Of a DNA stretch of 64,000 bases, positions 1-15,254 are shown in pieces. Source of the DNA: Octopus sinensis (Eukaryota); NCBI RefSeq assembly GCF_006345805.1, contig NC_043004.1:79608001-79672000 (forward strand). Direction: 5' to 3'. How positions within the stretch are numbered: position 1 is the stretch's first letter; the number at the start of each line of letters is the position of its first letter. The translations under genes were made by a program, and so were the position numbers. The notes under the pieces were generated by a model. The model saw only the letters and a program-made list of their open reading frames with translations, was not told where the DNA came from and ran no database searches.

Positions 1-324
1 GCACATCGAGATGCATCTGATGTTATTACATCGTTCTCCACCCACTAGAATGCAGTGCAGAAGGCAACCGAAACGATTGTTGTGCTAAACAAAGCTTCTA
101 GTTACGCTCCGTTTTTCGTATCAACCATTTAGAATATATCCAACGTGCACCTAGGAATTCCTTACGTAGATCCAGCGACGAAAGTGCAGAAATGCGGACG
201 ACGCCTGGTAGCCATAAGAGGCGAACGTACTCTGCAGGCACACTACACGGGACTTAGTCGAAGCAAGGTTCAGGATACTGCATCTTACTGTCTCCTGTCT
301 AAACCTTAATTTTAATTTTAAATT

Positions 325-690
325 AACTTACACACACAAACACGCACACACACATTCACGCACGCACACATACACACAGACAAACACACATGCACGCACA
401 CTCGCACACACACATGCACGCACGCATACTTACATACACACACGTGCACGCACGCACACTTACACGCACGCACACTTACACGCACGCACACTTACACGCA
501 CGCACACTTACACGCACGCACACTTACACGCACGCACACTTACACGCACGCACACTTACACGCACGCACACTTACACACAGACACACACACTGCATGCAC
601 GGACACTTGCACACACAGACACACGCACACACACAGACACACACACATGCACGCACGCACACTTACACATGGGCATACGCTCATATATAT
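325..690. repeat. CA-rich microsatellite with an embedded 16-bp minisatellite (CACGCACGCACACTTA, about 8 copies at ~447-575)
   Basis: Read directly; it explains the His/Thr-rich ORF at 390-746. Confidence 0.9.
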
Positions 691-941
691 ATATATATAT
701 ATACGACGGACCTCTATCAGTTTCTGTCAACCAGATCTACTCATAAGGCTTTGCGACACAAACAAAAAGGGAACGCAGTGTAAATAACGGACAGAGTCAA
801 GACTATTGAATAGGTTGCAAGATCAACGAAAGTTTTAGGAAAATAAAAATAAGAAATAAGTGGAAATTTTACCGGTGAGTGTGTTATATTATAAGGCACA
901 AAAATAAAATGACTCTCCCCAGACACAACAGTATATATATA

Positions 942-975
942 TCTTTATATATATAAAACTGAGAATGTGTGTGTG

Positions 976-1029
<54 letters not shown>

Positions 1030-1890
1030 TGTCTGTCTGTCTGTCTGTCTGTCTGACTGACCGTCTGTCTGTGTGTTTCCCTAAAACTTGAGAACTACGC
1101 AACCAATTTCATTCAAATTTTACACATGCCTTACTTAGGGTCCGGAGAGTGTCATTTTAAAGTTTTTGCCTAGGGCGAGCCCACAGCAATATCATATCTT
1201 CTCCACTACGATTCCCTAAAATTTGAGAACTACACCACCAATTCCATTCAAATTTTACACATGCCTTATTTAGGGTCCATGTAGTTTCATGGGCAAAAAA
1301 ATGTTCAACTTCTTGCCTAGAGCGAGCCCATAACAATATCATATCTTCTCCACTATTTCAGTATTACGTGTTAAAAGTGAAATAAAAACGTTTGTCTAGT
1401 TTATGTCAGATACTTTCATTTTAACAATAAAAATAATAATAACAATTGAACTATATGTAGTAAGTAATTATCAAAATCAAACTAAAGTATAATATAATCG
1501 TAACATAACAAAAGTAAAAATAGCAATTGGTATAAAATTGCATCAATGATTTGAACTTGAATAAGTGGTTTCACATGAATGGGAATAAATTAAAAATAAA
1601 ATTAGCGTGCAGGAATGGAATAGTCCAGATGGATAATAAGAAATTAAATTAAAGAAAAGACTATTGTCTATAAAGTATACAACGTAGAGATAAAAGAAGA
1701 GCTAACAATTCCAGTCTGTTATATATTTTGAGTATTGTTATCACTAACGATATCAAGATATAACTTTGTATTTTGCATTTTATGTGTAGATGTATATATA
1801 TATAGATGTATATGTAATATGTAAACATTTATATACACATATATACATGCACTAGCACTATGACCCGGTAACGACGGGTCTTTAATGCTA

Positions 1891-1891
<1 letters not shown>
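942..1891 (+). mobile_element. Non-autonomous Helitron-like element, copy 1
   Basis: 5' A|TCTTTATATATATAAAA followed by (GT)n/(GTCT)n. 3' hairpin GACCCG-gtaacga-CGGGTC (1862-1880), then CTAG|T at 1888-1891. Near-identical copy at 6200-7383. Confidence 0.75.
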
Positions 1892-1921
<30 letters not shown>

Positions 1922-1927
<6 letters not shown>

Positions 1928-2112
1928 GCTATTTTCTTTTCCCGTCTTCTCTTCCTTGGACCTTTCCTTTTTCTATGTTTCTGACGAAGAGCTCCGCTCG
2001 AAACGTTAAATCCTCATTCTTTCTTTCCTTTCCTGAGCGTCCAAAAACACTATACTTGTTCCACTTCCTCGCAAGTTGGTGTTCCCTCTTTGTGTTTTCA
2101 TGTTTGGATTAA
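1922..2112 (+). mobile_element. Penelope-like terminal-repeat fragment carrying an HHR (family P1)
   Basis: Near-identical to 58598-58805, flanked by (TA)n, contains CTGACGA-A-GAGC-tcc-GCTC-GAAAC-GTT. Confidence 0.6.
1977..2011 (+). ncRNA. Minimal type I hammerhead ribozyme motif
   Basis: Core CUGACGA 1981-1987; stem II GAGC/GCUC; GAAACGUU with palindromic AACGUU; weak stem I GUUU/AAAU. Confidence 0.55.
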
Positions 2113-2186
2113 ATACACACACACACACATATATACCCACACACTATATATATATATATATATATATATGTTATGTATATATATAT

Positions 2187-2219
<33 letters not shown>

Positions 2220-2251
2220 GTTGTATATATATATATGTGTGTGTGTGTGGG

Positions 2252-2292
<41 letters not shown>

Positions 2293-2409
2293 CACACACA
2301 GAGGCTGATATATTTAATTTCATTATCATTTCATCGTACGTAAACCCCGACACTTTATGTTTGTCTGTGTATTGCCCTTCTCATCCTTCGACTTGGTTGC
2401 AAATAAAAG

Positions 2410-2575
2410 AAATCACCATCATCATCATCACCACCCTCATCCTCATCACCATCATCATCACCACCATCATCATCATCATCGTCGTCGTCGTCGTCTTCAA
2501 ACACCACCAACCACCACCACCAACACCACCGTAGTCGTCGTCATCATCATCATCATCATCATCATTATCACCACC
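2410..2575. repeat. (CAT)n/(CAC)n/(CGT)n compound trinucleotide microsatellite
   Basis: Read directly; source of the poly-His and poly-Ile ORFs. Confidence 0.9.
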
Positions 2576-2886
2576 TCTAGTTTAATTTTGATAGTTATTT
2601 TGGCAGTTTCATAACTGAAGTATTTCTGTCTAGTTTCCTGCAGAGGTTAACCCAGAGCCTGAGACGCAATCAACGAACTTATTTGATAAAAAAAAAAAAG
2701 AGATGGTCGCTCGGGAAATCTCCTGAATTGTAACAGCTGAACGATTCAAGAGGCTGTTTGATAAACTGGTCGCCCGGGAAAATTCCACGGCAACAGATGA
2801 CTGATTCAGCCGAAACACACACACAGACACACAGACACACAGACACACACACACAGACACACACACACACACACCACACACAGACA

Positions 2887-2919
<33 letters not shown>

Positions 2920-3067
2920 CACTCGTGTAGTATGCGTGTATGTGTGTGTGTGCGTTTTTGTGAGTATATATATATACAGATACACACACAAATATATATA
3001 TATACGTAAATATATATGTATATATATATATACATATATATATATTACATATTATATACTTATATAT

Positions 3068-3103
<36 letters not shown>

Positions 3104-3219
3104 TGATCAAAATAAAATAAAAACATGATGCGAAGGATTTATTTTGATCAATTTACTCCACCACCTACACCACCAAACGGTATACACAGGTGCTTATAAT
3201 TATCAAGTACTCACCCCGA

Positions 3220-3261
<42 letters not shown>

Positions 3262-3267
3262 CATACA

Positions 3268-4631
3268 CTAGCAGAGATACCCGGCGTTGCCCGAGTTACA
3301 ATTGAAGAATTAGACTTTTTTGTTATATTTCCTGTAATGAACTGGAATACCTATGTTTCGAATTTCATCAAAATTGCAGATGAGGGTTATTTCCCTCTTT
3401 ACACACCCAAACAAAATTGTAATCGTGCCACATCTATCCCATACTGCTGATTTTTATGCACATATTCCAAAATTCCAGTCTTATAGAACCTGTTAAAAGG
3501 ATTTTGCTCCTGAAAAATGGAGGTTATGGAGCTCTAAAATGTGAGAGTTAACGCCCCTATTGGTGGTGGGCATCTTAATGTCAACCAGAGAAGTTGAATT
3601 GTTGAGAATTTTTTAACTTGGCTCTTATAACTATTGTTTGAATTTCTTTGAAATTGAAAATATATGTTCAGTGGGTTTGTAAAAGAGAGCAAAGCTACAG
3701 GAAACCAAAAGACGAATGATCACAATAAGCTGTCAGCTACAGTACCCTAGTCGTTACCACTCCCAATGTAGTATTCCTCATTATCCAGGTGACAGGCACA
3801 GCCGTAAGATGCATTACGAATCTATAGCAATTGGAAGGGCGTGACCCAATTGAAATAAACATTAACTGTGTGACGTGAGGGCTAAGGAGAAATGAAAGTT
3901 GGAGTTTGCAAATGACCACTATACTGATACGTAACTGGACAGAATAAATATACAATCTATAAATGTCTTTGAATAACCAGTCACTCATCTGGGAAGGCCT
4001 TGAAATTAATGTTACCATCTGGGGACTATGTGTGACCCAGTGATAATAAAAAGACTGAAAGGAGATCTGCAATCAAATAACTTTACTCAACACTTTGCAA
4101 CTGAATCAGCAAAAATATATGAATTGTCATGGGGTTATGGCCCTTATGCATAGAATATAATTTCCAAATTTCGTAAAGATCCATTCAGTACTTTTGACTT
4201 AATTTTGGATCATAAAAGAAATTAATAAAATTTGGGAGTTAAGCCCCCCCATTAGGGTGTCTTAGAATCCTCATGTGAAGTGGAAACTTTGAGAATACTT
4301 CTTGATGTGTGTCAATTACCCATTGTTGAATTTCATCAACATCGAAAATTTATGAGTTTTCATGGGGGGTCTGCCCCCTTTAAGCCATCTGAAATTCAAA
4401 CCAAATATATTGAATTATACCCGTCCTTGTGCATTGAAGCTAAGTTTCAAATATCATAAGGATCTATTCAGTAATTTTGGTCCATGAAATTGTATGAAAC
4501 ACACAGCATTACCCCTCTCCCTAGGCTTCGATTTTGTGTTCCAAATTTCATTATGATCGGTGCAGCAGTTTTCGAATGTATAAGTAATACACGGACACAT
4601 AAAGACATTGTCTTTGATATAATAAATATGA
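3268..4631 (-). mobile_element. Non-autonomous Helitron-like element, second family
   Basis: The minus strand ends in hairpin CTCGGGCAACGCCGGG + TATCTCTG-CTAG|T at 3268. Its 5' end is an AT-rich TCATATTTATTATATCAAAG. Confidence 0.6.
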
Positions 4632-4652
4632 ATGTACATATATACATACATG

Positions 4653-4700
<48 letters not shown>

Positions 4701-4739
4701 CGGGCGCGTGTGTATTATATATATATATATATATACACA

Positions 4740-5023
4740 CACACAAAGATAAATTGATAGATACAACTGAGTGGGCAAACAAAAATACGAGACACAGCGT
4801 AGTGCTTTTTTATGTTGATAAGCCTGGTACTTATTGTATTAGTTTCTTTTTGTGAAACCAGTAAGTTATGGGGATGTAAATAAACGAACAGCAGTTGTGA
4901 AGCAGTGGTGAGGATGAAACACAGAAACAAAGTCACACACATATACTTAAATATATACATACATATATATACGATTGATTTCTTTAAGTTTCTGTCTACG
5001 AAATCCATATATTATATATGTAT

Positions 5024-5097
<74 letters not shown>

Positions 5098-5485
5098 ACA
5101 CAACACACACACACAAAGATAAATTGTGTGGGCAAACAAAAATATGAGATACTGCCTAGTGTTTTTTTTTTGATAAGCCTGGTAATTATTCTATCAGTTT
5201 CTTCTTGTGAAACCAGTAAGTTATGGGGATGTAAATAAACGAACACCAGTTGTGAGGCAGTGATGAAGGAGAAGCACAAAGACACACACATAGACTTACA
5301 TATATACATACATATATATACGATTGATTTCTTTCAGTTTCTGTCTACAAAATCCACTGACAAGGCTTTGGTTGATATGAGGCTATAGCAGAAGACACAT
5401 GCCAAGTCACCACACAGTGGGACTGAACCCAGGACCACGTGTTTTGGAACGAAGTTTGTTACCACACAGCCACACCTGCACCTCT
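4740..5485 (-). mobile_element. SINE family A (tRNA-headed, internal microsatellite) with a tandemly duplicated 3' part
   Basis: Segments ~4740-5010 and ~5110-5350 are duplicates. The head at 5330-5485 matches the 8280 copy in reverse. Confidence 0.7.
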
Positions 5486-5779
5486 GTATATGTGTGTGTG
5501 TATGTGTGTATGGGTGTATATATGTATGCATGTATATATGTGAATATATATGTGTACATATTACATGTACATCTATATATATATACATCTACACACATAG
5601 ATGTATACATATACATCTATATGTATAGAAATAAATGTATACATATACAGCTATACACGCATACACACACACACACAGACGCATACACACATACATAGGT
5701 GCAGGTTTGGCTGTGTGGTAACAAACTTCGTTCCAAAACACATGGTCCTGGGTTTAAATTTAAATTTAAAATAATAAGG

Positions 5780-6170
5780 GTTAGAAATTGAATATTAATT
5801 TCATTAATATGAATTGAAAACCAGTGGTGTAGCATATAAGACCATAGCGGATCTTCTAGCAAAATGGATGTCCACTGTTAATGGTTCATTCCTCTTATAT
5901 AATAGTTTGACTTTAATAGTTTCAGTATTAAAGTGAAAGTATCTGACATTACAATAGTGAGATGTTTTTGTTTCACTTTTAACACGTAATACTGAAATAG
6001 TGGAGAAGATATGGTATTGCTGTGGGCTCGCCCTAGGCAAAAAGTTAAAAAGATTTTTTGCCCATGACACTACATGAATCCTAAGTAAGGCATGTGCAAA
6101 ATCTGAATGAAATTGGTTGTGTAGTTCTCAAGTTTTAGGGATTCACACAGACAGACACACATTCTCAGTT
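5780..6170 (-). mobile_element. Truncated Helitron-like copy, head-to-head with the 6200-7383 copy
   Basis: Its reverse complement matches the 5' part of 942-1891 (CCCTAAAACTTGAGAACTAC...CCTAGGGCGAGCCCACAGCAA). Confidence 0.7.
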
Positions 6171-6199
6171 ATATATATATATATATATATCTTTATATA

Positions 6200-7382
6200 T
6201 CTTTATATATATAAAACTGAGAATGTGTGTCTGTATGTCTGTGTGTCTGTCTGTCTGTGTGTTTCCCTAAAACTTGAGAACTACGCAACCAATTTCATTC
6301 AAATTTTACACATGCCTTACTTAGGGTCCGGAGAGTGTCATCGGCAAAAAAAATTTAAGTTTTTGCCTAGGGCGAGCCCACAGCAATATCATATCTTCTC
6401 CACTACGATTCCCTAAAACTTGAGAACTACACAACCAATTCAATTTTACACATGCCTTACTTAGGGTCCATGTAGTTTCATGGGCAAAAAAATGATCAAC
6501 TTCTTGCCTAGAGCGAGCCCATAGCAATATCATATCTTCACTATTTCAGTATTACGTGTTAAAAGTGAAACAAAAATATTTCTCTATTTTATGTCAGATA
6601 CTTTCACTTTAACAATAAAAATAATAATAACAATTGAACTATATGTAGTAAGTAATAATTGAAATCAAACTAAAGTATAATATAATCGTAACATAACAAA
6701 AGTAAAAATAGCAATTGGTATAAAATTGCATCAATAATTTGAACTTGAATAAGTGGTTTCACATGAATGGGAATAAATTAAAAATAAAATTAGCGTGCAG
6801 AAATGGAATAGTCCAGATGGATAATGAAAAATTAAATTAAAGAAAAGACTATTGTCTATAAAGTATACAATGTAGAGAAAAAAGATTTGAACACATGGAG
6901 GAAAGCACCTTCGAAAAGTGTCTTGGTGCGACTATGAAAGGTATCTAATCAGAGGCGGTAAATTCGCCACAATAGAAGCAAGGTTCGAGTCAACGGAGCG
7001 TGCAAGGGAGTACTCGACTCGAACTTGCAAAGGGGAAATATTTTATTTTTACCTTTATATTTGGGACATAGGACGTACCGGAAAAAATTTAAAATGCCCA
7101 TCCCCCCGAAGTAGAGGTAGGCTGGATTGTAGCCACACTTCTATACGAGAGGGAGGACAAGATACAATTGATCGAAATTGCAAGAGACGGGCTAACAATT
7201 CAAGTCTGTTATATATTTTGAGTATTGTTATCACTAGCGATATCAAGATATAACTTTGTATTTTGTATTTTATGTGTAGATGTATGTATATAGATGTACA
7301 TGTAATATGTACACACATATATATATACACAAATATACATGCACTAGCACTATGGCCTGGCAACGACGGGTCTTTAATGCTA

Positions 7383-7383
<1 letters not shown>
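6200..7383 (+). mobile_element. Non-autonomous Helitron-like element, copy 2, with ~305 bp of extra internal sequence
   Basis: Same termini as copy 1 (CTAG at 7380-7383). Segment ~6886-7190 is absent from copy 1. Confidence 0.75.
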
Positions 7384-7427
<44 letters not shown>

Positions 7428-7699
7428 TATAGACACACACACACACACATAACTGTATACATAAATGTGTGAGTGGGTGTGGCGAAGTGCGCGTGGGAAG
7501 ATATATATCTAGTTATCCATCTATCTTTCTGTCTTTCTGTCTGTCTGTCTGTCTCTGAACAAATAAATATATACAAATACGCACATACGCATACGCACTC
7601 ATATATGTATGTATATATATGTGTGTATGTGTGTATGCATGTATGTATGTATATATGTATGTGTGTGTGTACGTATGTATAAATTGTTTGAAGTCGCGT

Positions 7700-7860
7700 A
7701 CAGATTTTATATATTAAGAAAAAGGATGGAGTTCAGAATTTTGGATAATTATTTATTTAACGTTTTCGTCTCGTTTCAAAGATTCATCAGGAATTCCCAG
7801 GAAATCACTCGAACGAAACAAAAGCGCTAAGTAAACAATTATCCAAAATTCTGACCTAAC
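7700..7860 (-). mobile_element. Degenerate HHR-like Penelope-type fragment inside a ~27-bp inverted repeat
   Basis: Minus strand CTGATGAATCTTTGAAACGAGACGAAAACGTT (7756-7793). Arms TCAGAATTTTGGATAATT... at ~7733-7760 and ~7826-7856. Confidence 0.35.
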
Positions 7861-8104
7861 TGCTTTTCCTGCCTTCATATATATATATATGTGTACATAT
7901 TTTGGAAAAAAAAAAGAAAGAAATGGAAATTTTACCGGTGATTGTGTTAAATTATAAGGCACTAAAAAAGAATGACTCTCCCCAGATACAACAAAATATG
8001 CTTCAATACACGAACTCACAAAAAGAATCTTGCAAAAAATCCAAAAACGAAATATATATACACGCACACATATATATATATATACACACACACACACTCA
8101 CACA

Positions 8105-8147
<43 letters not shown>

Positions 8148-8279
8148 GTATACATATATTTATACACACACACATACATATATATACATACACACATATA
8201 TATATATATATATGTATATCTATTTGAAATATATATAATACTGAACCAAGAACTTTCTCTTTAGTATTCCACTATATAT

Positions 8280-8444
8280 GGAGTGGCTCTGTGGTAAGTA
8301 GCTTGCTTACCAACCACATGGTTCCGGGTTCAGTCCCACTGCGTGGCACCTTGGGCAAGTGTCTTCTACTATAGCCTCGTGCCGACCAAAGACTTGTGAT
8401 TGGATTTGGTAGACGGAAACTAATAGAAGCCCATCGTATATATG

Positions 8445-8484
<40 letters not shown>

Positions 8485-8600
8485 TGTGTTTGTCTCCCCA
8501 ACATCGCTTGACAACCGATGGTGGTGTGCTTACGTCCCCGTAACTTAGTGGTTCGACAAAAGATAGCGAAAGAATAAGTACTAGGCTTACAAAGAATAAG
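8280..8600 (+). mobile_element. SINE family A, near full length
   Basis: Head GGAGTGGCTCTGTGGTAAG...GGTTCAGTCCC (A/B-box-like), central (GT)n and conserved tail. More than 15 related pieces lie in the window. Confidence 0.85.
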
Positions 8601-8982
8601 TCAAGTTTTGTTTATGGTCCATTCAAGTAGTGAGTTCTTGTTGAGTGAGTTGTATCCGGGTATGGGTGGCTTGTCCGGTATTACTTGAAGAAATCTGTCC
8701 AGACTCCGTTTAAAGGTGATGGGATCCTTTTCCTCTTTGATCTCTTTCGGGACAACGTTAAACATGGCAGGGCCTGTTGAGGAAAAGAAATTACGTTGCA
8801 GTGTACCTATATGCCGTGATCCTGAATTGGGCAGGGGACGTATGGCCCGTGGTCCCTCCAAGCCTTGGATGAACCTTGAAACTAAAGTTCAGGTCGTTTG
8901 GACAATGCTGGCGGGATATTCTCCACATCGTACAAATGATGTACGGCTCGCGGCGGCGCTGGAGAGAGTAGAGTTTCAAGGC
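8601..8982 (-). mobile_element. CR1-clade LINE, 3' end of ORF2
   Basis: Translates to LKLYSLQRRRE.YII..MW.I and, after a frameshift, GPAMFNVVPKEIK...FKRSLDRFLQVIPDKP. These are hallmark CR1 ORF2 C-terminal motifs. Confidence 0.85.
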
Positions 8983-9314
8983 TTACATGTATATATATTA
9001 TGTATGTGATACGTTTATGTGCGCATGTGTGTGTATTCGTATTTCTGCGTTTGTTTTCAATGCGATAACGCGACACTCACCCATCCAACACGACTCAACT
9101 CACCTCCCCTCTACACACACACACCGGATCCTACTTAATACAAACTTCCTTGTAACCGATAAACACTTGCTACCAAGCTCAGGGGAATATAACCCCGCTC
9201 CCACCCCTTCACTCACACATTACATCCATCGCCTATTGACGCACACAAACTGACGGACTCACACACAATATACACTCTGTCCCACTCTTTCTTTTTCTAC
9301 ATGTCTGCATGTGT

Positions 9315-9347
<33 letters not shown>

Positions 9348-9451
9348 CACACAAGACACAGACATATGTATGTTCATATAATTGTTCATATTTATATGTA
9401 TATTATATACATGTATGTATGTATGTATGTATGCATGCATGTATGTATGTA

Positions 9452-9665
9452 TGTAGGTATGTCTACATTGTTTGGTAAGAAGTTTGGTTCCAAGCCACGT
9501 GGTTCCAGGTTCAGTCCCATTGCGTGGCACCTAGAGCATGTGTCTTCTAGTTTAGCCTCGTGCTAATCAAAGCCTTGTGAGTGAATTTGGTAGATGGAAA
9601 CTGAAAGAAGCCCTTCGTATGTGTGTTGTGTATGTGTATTTGACTGCAGGGCCGAAGTAAAAGAG
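9452..9665 (+). mobile_element. SINE family A, 5' part
   Basis: Matches the head of the 8280 copy. Confidence 0.75.
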
Positions 9666-9922
9666 TATACGTGTGTGTGTGTGTGTGTTGAGTTGGTGCT
9701 TGTATTCGTATGTATTTGTACTTTTATAAGTAAACATGTACAAAGGAATGCATATACAGAAACACACACTACTTATCGCAGTACTTATATATACATATTC
9801 ACATTACACATATACAGGCGTGCACACACACACATATACATATCCGTAAGTGCGTACGTGAATGTATTAATGAATATCGTGACACTTATGCTAAACTGCA
9901 ATCGTATTAAAACAGACATAAA

Positions 9923-10520
9923 GGCGGCGAGATGGCAGAGTCGTTAGCACGCCGGGCGAAATGCGTAGCCGTATTTCGTCTGCCGCTACGTTCTAAGTTC
10001 AAATTCCGCCGAGGTCGACTTTGCCTTTCATCCTTTCGGGGTCGATGAATTAAGTACCAGTTACGATAAATTAAGTACCAGTTACGATGTAATCGACTTG
10101 ATCCGTTTGTCTGTCCTTGTTTGTCCCCTCTGTTTAGCCCCTTGTGGGTAGTAAAGAAATGGGTATTTCGTCTGTCTTTACGTTCTGAGTTCAAATTCCG
10201 CAGAGGTCGACTTTGCCTTTCATCCTTTCGGGGTCGATAAACTAAGGACCAGTTACGCACTGGGGTCGATATAATCGACTTAATCCGTTTGTCTGTCTTT
10301 GTTTGTCCTCTCTGTGTTTAACCCTTTTGTGGGTAGTAAAGAAATAGGTACTTTGTCTGTCTTTACGTTCTGAGTTCAAATTCCGCCGAGGTCGGCTTTG
10401 CCTTTCATTCTTTCGGGGTCGATAAATTAAGTACCAGTGAGACACTGGGATAGATGTAATCGCTTATCCCCACTGCCCGCCCCACAAATTTCGGGTTTTG
10501 TGTTTTTAGTAGAAAGGATA
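9923..10520 (+). mobile_element. SINE family B as a head plus tandem ~180-bp units
   Basis: Head GGCGGCGAG.TGGCAGA.TCGTTAGC; core GAGGTCGACTTTGCCTTTCATCCTTTCGGGGTCGATAAATTAAGTACCAG repeated three times. Confidence 0.85.
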
Positions 10521-10602
10521 TCAAAACGTATTTTACTTTTCTGCTTATATACCCTTTTCAATTACACGCAGATACATTCACACACGCACACATACATACA
10601 TG

Positions 10603-10830
10603 TATTTTGTTATTTTGTTACTTGCTTCAGGCATTTGACTGCGACCATGCTGGAGCAAATCCTTAAAGGAGTTTCTTTATATTTGCAGAAATCGACCCCA
10701 AGACTAATCCTGTGTAAGCCTTGTACATATTCTATTGGTCATTCTGGCCCGAACCGCTAAGTTGCGGGGACGTAAACACAGCCAACACTGGTTGTCAAGC
10801 GACCGTGGGGGGATAAACACAGACACACAC
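10603..10830 (-). mobile_element. SINE family A, 3' part
   Basis: Reverse complement of the family A tail (GCTCCAGCATGGTCGCAGTCAAATG). Confidence 0.7.
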
Positions 10831-11252
10831 ACATACACACACACACACACACGTATACATACACACGTACATACATACATACATCTACACATGCATATAT
10901 TCATATATACATTTATCTATACACGCGCACACACACACATATATATGTACACATAATACACAAATATACATATATACATACATAAGCGCACTTAGACACG
11001 TACCTATATATACACACATAAAAAGATATATACATACACACATACACACACATACATATACATACATAATACATACATACATACAAACATATATACATAC
11101 ACACATACACACACATATACATTCATACATATATACATACAGACGTACACACATGCATATACATACATAATATATACATATACATACATATATACATACA
11201 TACAGACGTACATACAGACGTACATACATACATACATACATACATACATACA

Positions 11253-11285
<33 letters not shown>

Positions 11286-11361
11286 GTATACACATACATA
11301 CAGACGTACATACATATATACATACAGACGTACGCACATACATATACATACATACATACAT

Positions 11362-11395
<34 letters not shown>

Positions 11396-11490
11396 GTACA
11401 TACATACACACATACATGCATGCATACGCATACATACATACAAACATACATACATATACATACATACATACGTATATACATACATATATT
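10830..11490. repeat. (TACA)n/(CA)n/(GACA)n compound microsatellite
   Basis: Read directly. Confidence 0.9.
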
Positions 11491-11849
11491 CATTCAGAGA
11501 TCAGCAAAACTACAAACTCGAACGTCGATCAACTTTCAATCATAAAGCGACAACAAAACTAACAAAAAACAAACAAACAAACAAACATATTTAGGTCGGT
11601 GCTCCAGCATGGCCGAAGTCCTGCGACTGAAACCATGTAAAGAATTAAAGAATTAAAGATTAAAAGAATAAAAGAATAAAAGAATAAAAGAATACATACA
11701 CGCATGCATGTATGAGGCAATCTTACATCTCTCTCTCTCTCTCTCTCTGTTTCTCTCTCTCTATCTCTCCCGCTGTGCGCGTGTTTGTATGTGCGCGTAC
11801 GCATGTTTATGTATGTATACATGTATATACATAAATGTGTGTGTGTATA

Positions 11850-11920
<71 letters not shown>

Positions 11921-11951
11921 TATATAATATTGGAAGGCATTCTCCAAATTT

Positions 11952-11982
<31 letters not shown>

Positions 11983-12425
11983 AAATATAATATATATATA
12001 TATACACATACGTATATAAATGTATATATATACATACAAAAATATACATACATATATACATACATACACATTTAGGGAATGAAGTCGATAAAATCCAGGT
12101 TACATATGTTTATTCCTGTGTGTGTGTGTGTGTGTGTGTAAACAAACACACACACTGACAGAGTTTCAATATTTATCTCTTACTGGACGGAATAGTTTTT
12201 TTTGTTGTTGTTGATCATACTTATAAGGGAACAAACTATGTATATACACATATATATATTTGTGTATGTATGTATGTATGTATGTATGTATGTATGTATG
12301 TATGTATGTATGTATGTATGTATGTATTTATATATATATATATATATATATACATGTGAGTGAGTGTGTATGTGTAAGTGAGTGTATGTGTGTGTGTGTA
12401 TGTATATATGTATGTATATATATAT

Positions 12426-12466
<41 letters not shown>

Positions 12467-13078
12467 CCACCTCTTTAAAACGAATACTTCGGCGGCTGTT
12501 ATTCTTTCATAGGACGACCAGCATTACACTTCAGCCTCATCTCTGTACTCTCAACCGATCGTCTTCGTCTTTTCTGCTTTCGTCCACCCTTTCATTCTTC
12601 TGTTAAACCCAAACATCTTTGCAACATCCAGTTCAGCTCTTGTTTATATTTTCACAGAGTTTCTCCTGCTGTACGAAACTCTGTTCATTCTATGTATTAC
12701 GGCCGCACGCCTGCCCGACCGACCGTTCTGCCGCTAGGATCTCCTCGCTTTGACTGCTGCTGAGGCAAACCAGTACAGCTTACTACTATTCGAAATCACT
12801 AGCTTCACTAGTTTCTATGCCAAACAGTCAAGACAAGAAAAACCTCAGTGGATCTGTCCATCTGGGATGCCACTTTCAATAGAATGGGACAATGTTTCTA
12901 ACTTTACATATTCTAGTTCTCTGCTATTGGTCCCCGGGCTGATTTCTCTACAGCTAGACTTAAACCTGCTCGATCTAAGATTATAGTTTTCAGAAACGTT
13001 AGCACGTCGGGCGAAATGCTTAGCAGTATTTCGTCTGCTGTTACGTTGTGAGTTCAAATTCCGCCGAAGTCGACTTTG

Positions 13079-13950
<872 letters not shown>

Positions 13951-15254
13951 CATGTGTTCGATAAGTTTACGCACAACCTGTAGAAGCTAACTCACATCTA
14001 CTCAATAATCTGATCCTTATCTCGTCCTCCCAAGAGAACCTAAACGGAACCACGCCACTGACCATCCATTAATCCATACATCCACCTATCAATCAATCAA
14101 TCAATCAATCAATCGATACATCCCTTTATCCAATAATTGATCAATCTATTAGCTTGTCAATCTATTCCTCAGAGAACGTAAGATGTCGATTCCATCAACC
14201 TAAATTTGCTTCAATTCAGTAATTTCTTTCAATACAACAGAGTACTTTATTTTATCGATCTCCTAAAGATTAAATGGGAAGATGACCATATCAGAACTCT
14301 TTGTATTTATCTCTTTATCGATCGACCGATCGATCAAATCAATCAATCGATCGATTAATCTGCCCCCAGGTCTCTGTTTTTGTTTCTTTCGTAGTTATTA
14401 CTTTCATGGCTCCTCCCCCTTTTCTATCTACATGCATCACTCTATCTGTCTGTCTGTCCGTCTGTCTGTCTGTGCATACTTGTATACACACACCACACAC
14501 ACTCACACACACACACACGCACATATATATGCATATATTTATGTACATATATATATATATATTATGAATATATATATATATATATATATATATGTTATAT
14601 ATAGGTATATGTATTATATATATATATATATATATATTATATATGTGTGTATATTCATGTATGTGTATATATGTATTATGTGTGTGTATATATATATATA
14701 TATATATGTATACACACGTATATATATATATGTGTGTGTGTGTTAATATATGTATTAGCACGTTTGTGTAACAAACACACACACAAAATCTAGTTCTTTA
14801 TTTTTCTTCTTTTCTCATTCTAAAGATGGAAAGTTGTTTTGTTTTTTTATAGAAATTTTTTTTTATTTTCCAACCTACTCCCGGCTCGTAATTCCTCTCC
14901 TCTTGTTTAAACGCTTCCTTCAAAACCAATCAATTTATAATCAAAGCCAAATTCTAGCATCTGCTGCCATCTCTTGCCTTGGCTCCCACAACTTTTTTTT
15001 TATCATTTTGTTTTTTTATATATGAGGTTTCAGAGTTTACTTTTAACCAGTTCCGGGTCGATTAAATAAGTACCAGTCACGTGTTGGCTGGATGTACTCG
15101 ATTCATTCCCACCCCACGAAACAGCTGGCCTTGTGCCCAAATTTGAAATCATCATCATCTTCATCAACACCACTATCATCGTCACCATCACCATCATCAT
15201 CATCACCATCACCACCACCACCACCACCACCACCACCATCATCATCGTCATCAT

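Noticed and set aside
1-300. Unique sequence at the window start, with a partly open frame and a loose HHR-like arrangement (GCAT-CTGATG...GAAACGATTGTT-GTGC)
   Set aside because: In-frame stops, no recognisable motif, and the HHR core is incomplete; it cannot be assigned.
9923-10520. Regularly repeated units resembling a CRISPR-like array
   Set aside because: Eukaryotic context, the units are whole SINE bodies without unique spacers, and there are no cas genes.
12640-12810. Hairpin ACAGAGTTTC/GAAACTCTGT and a CTGCTGAG...GAAAT motif
   Set aside because: Neither assembles into a hammerhead with the correct core and stems.
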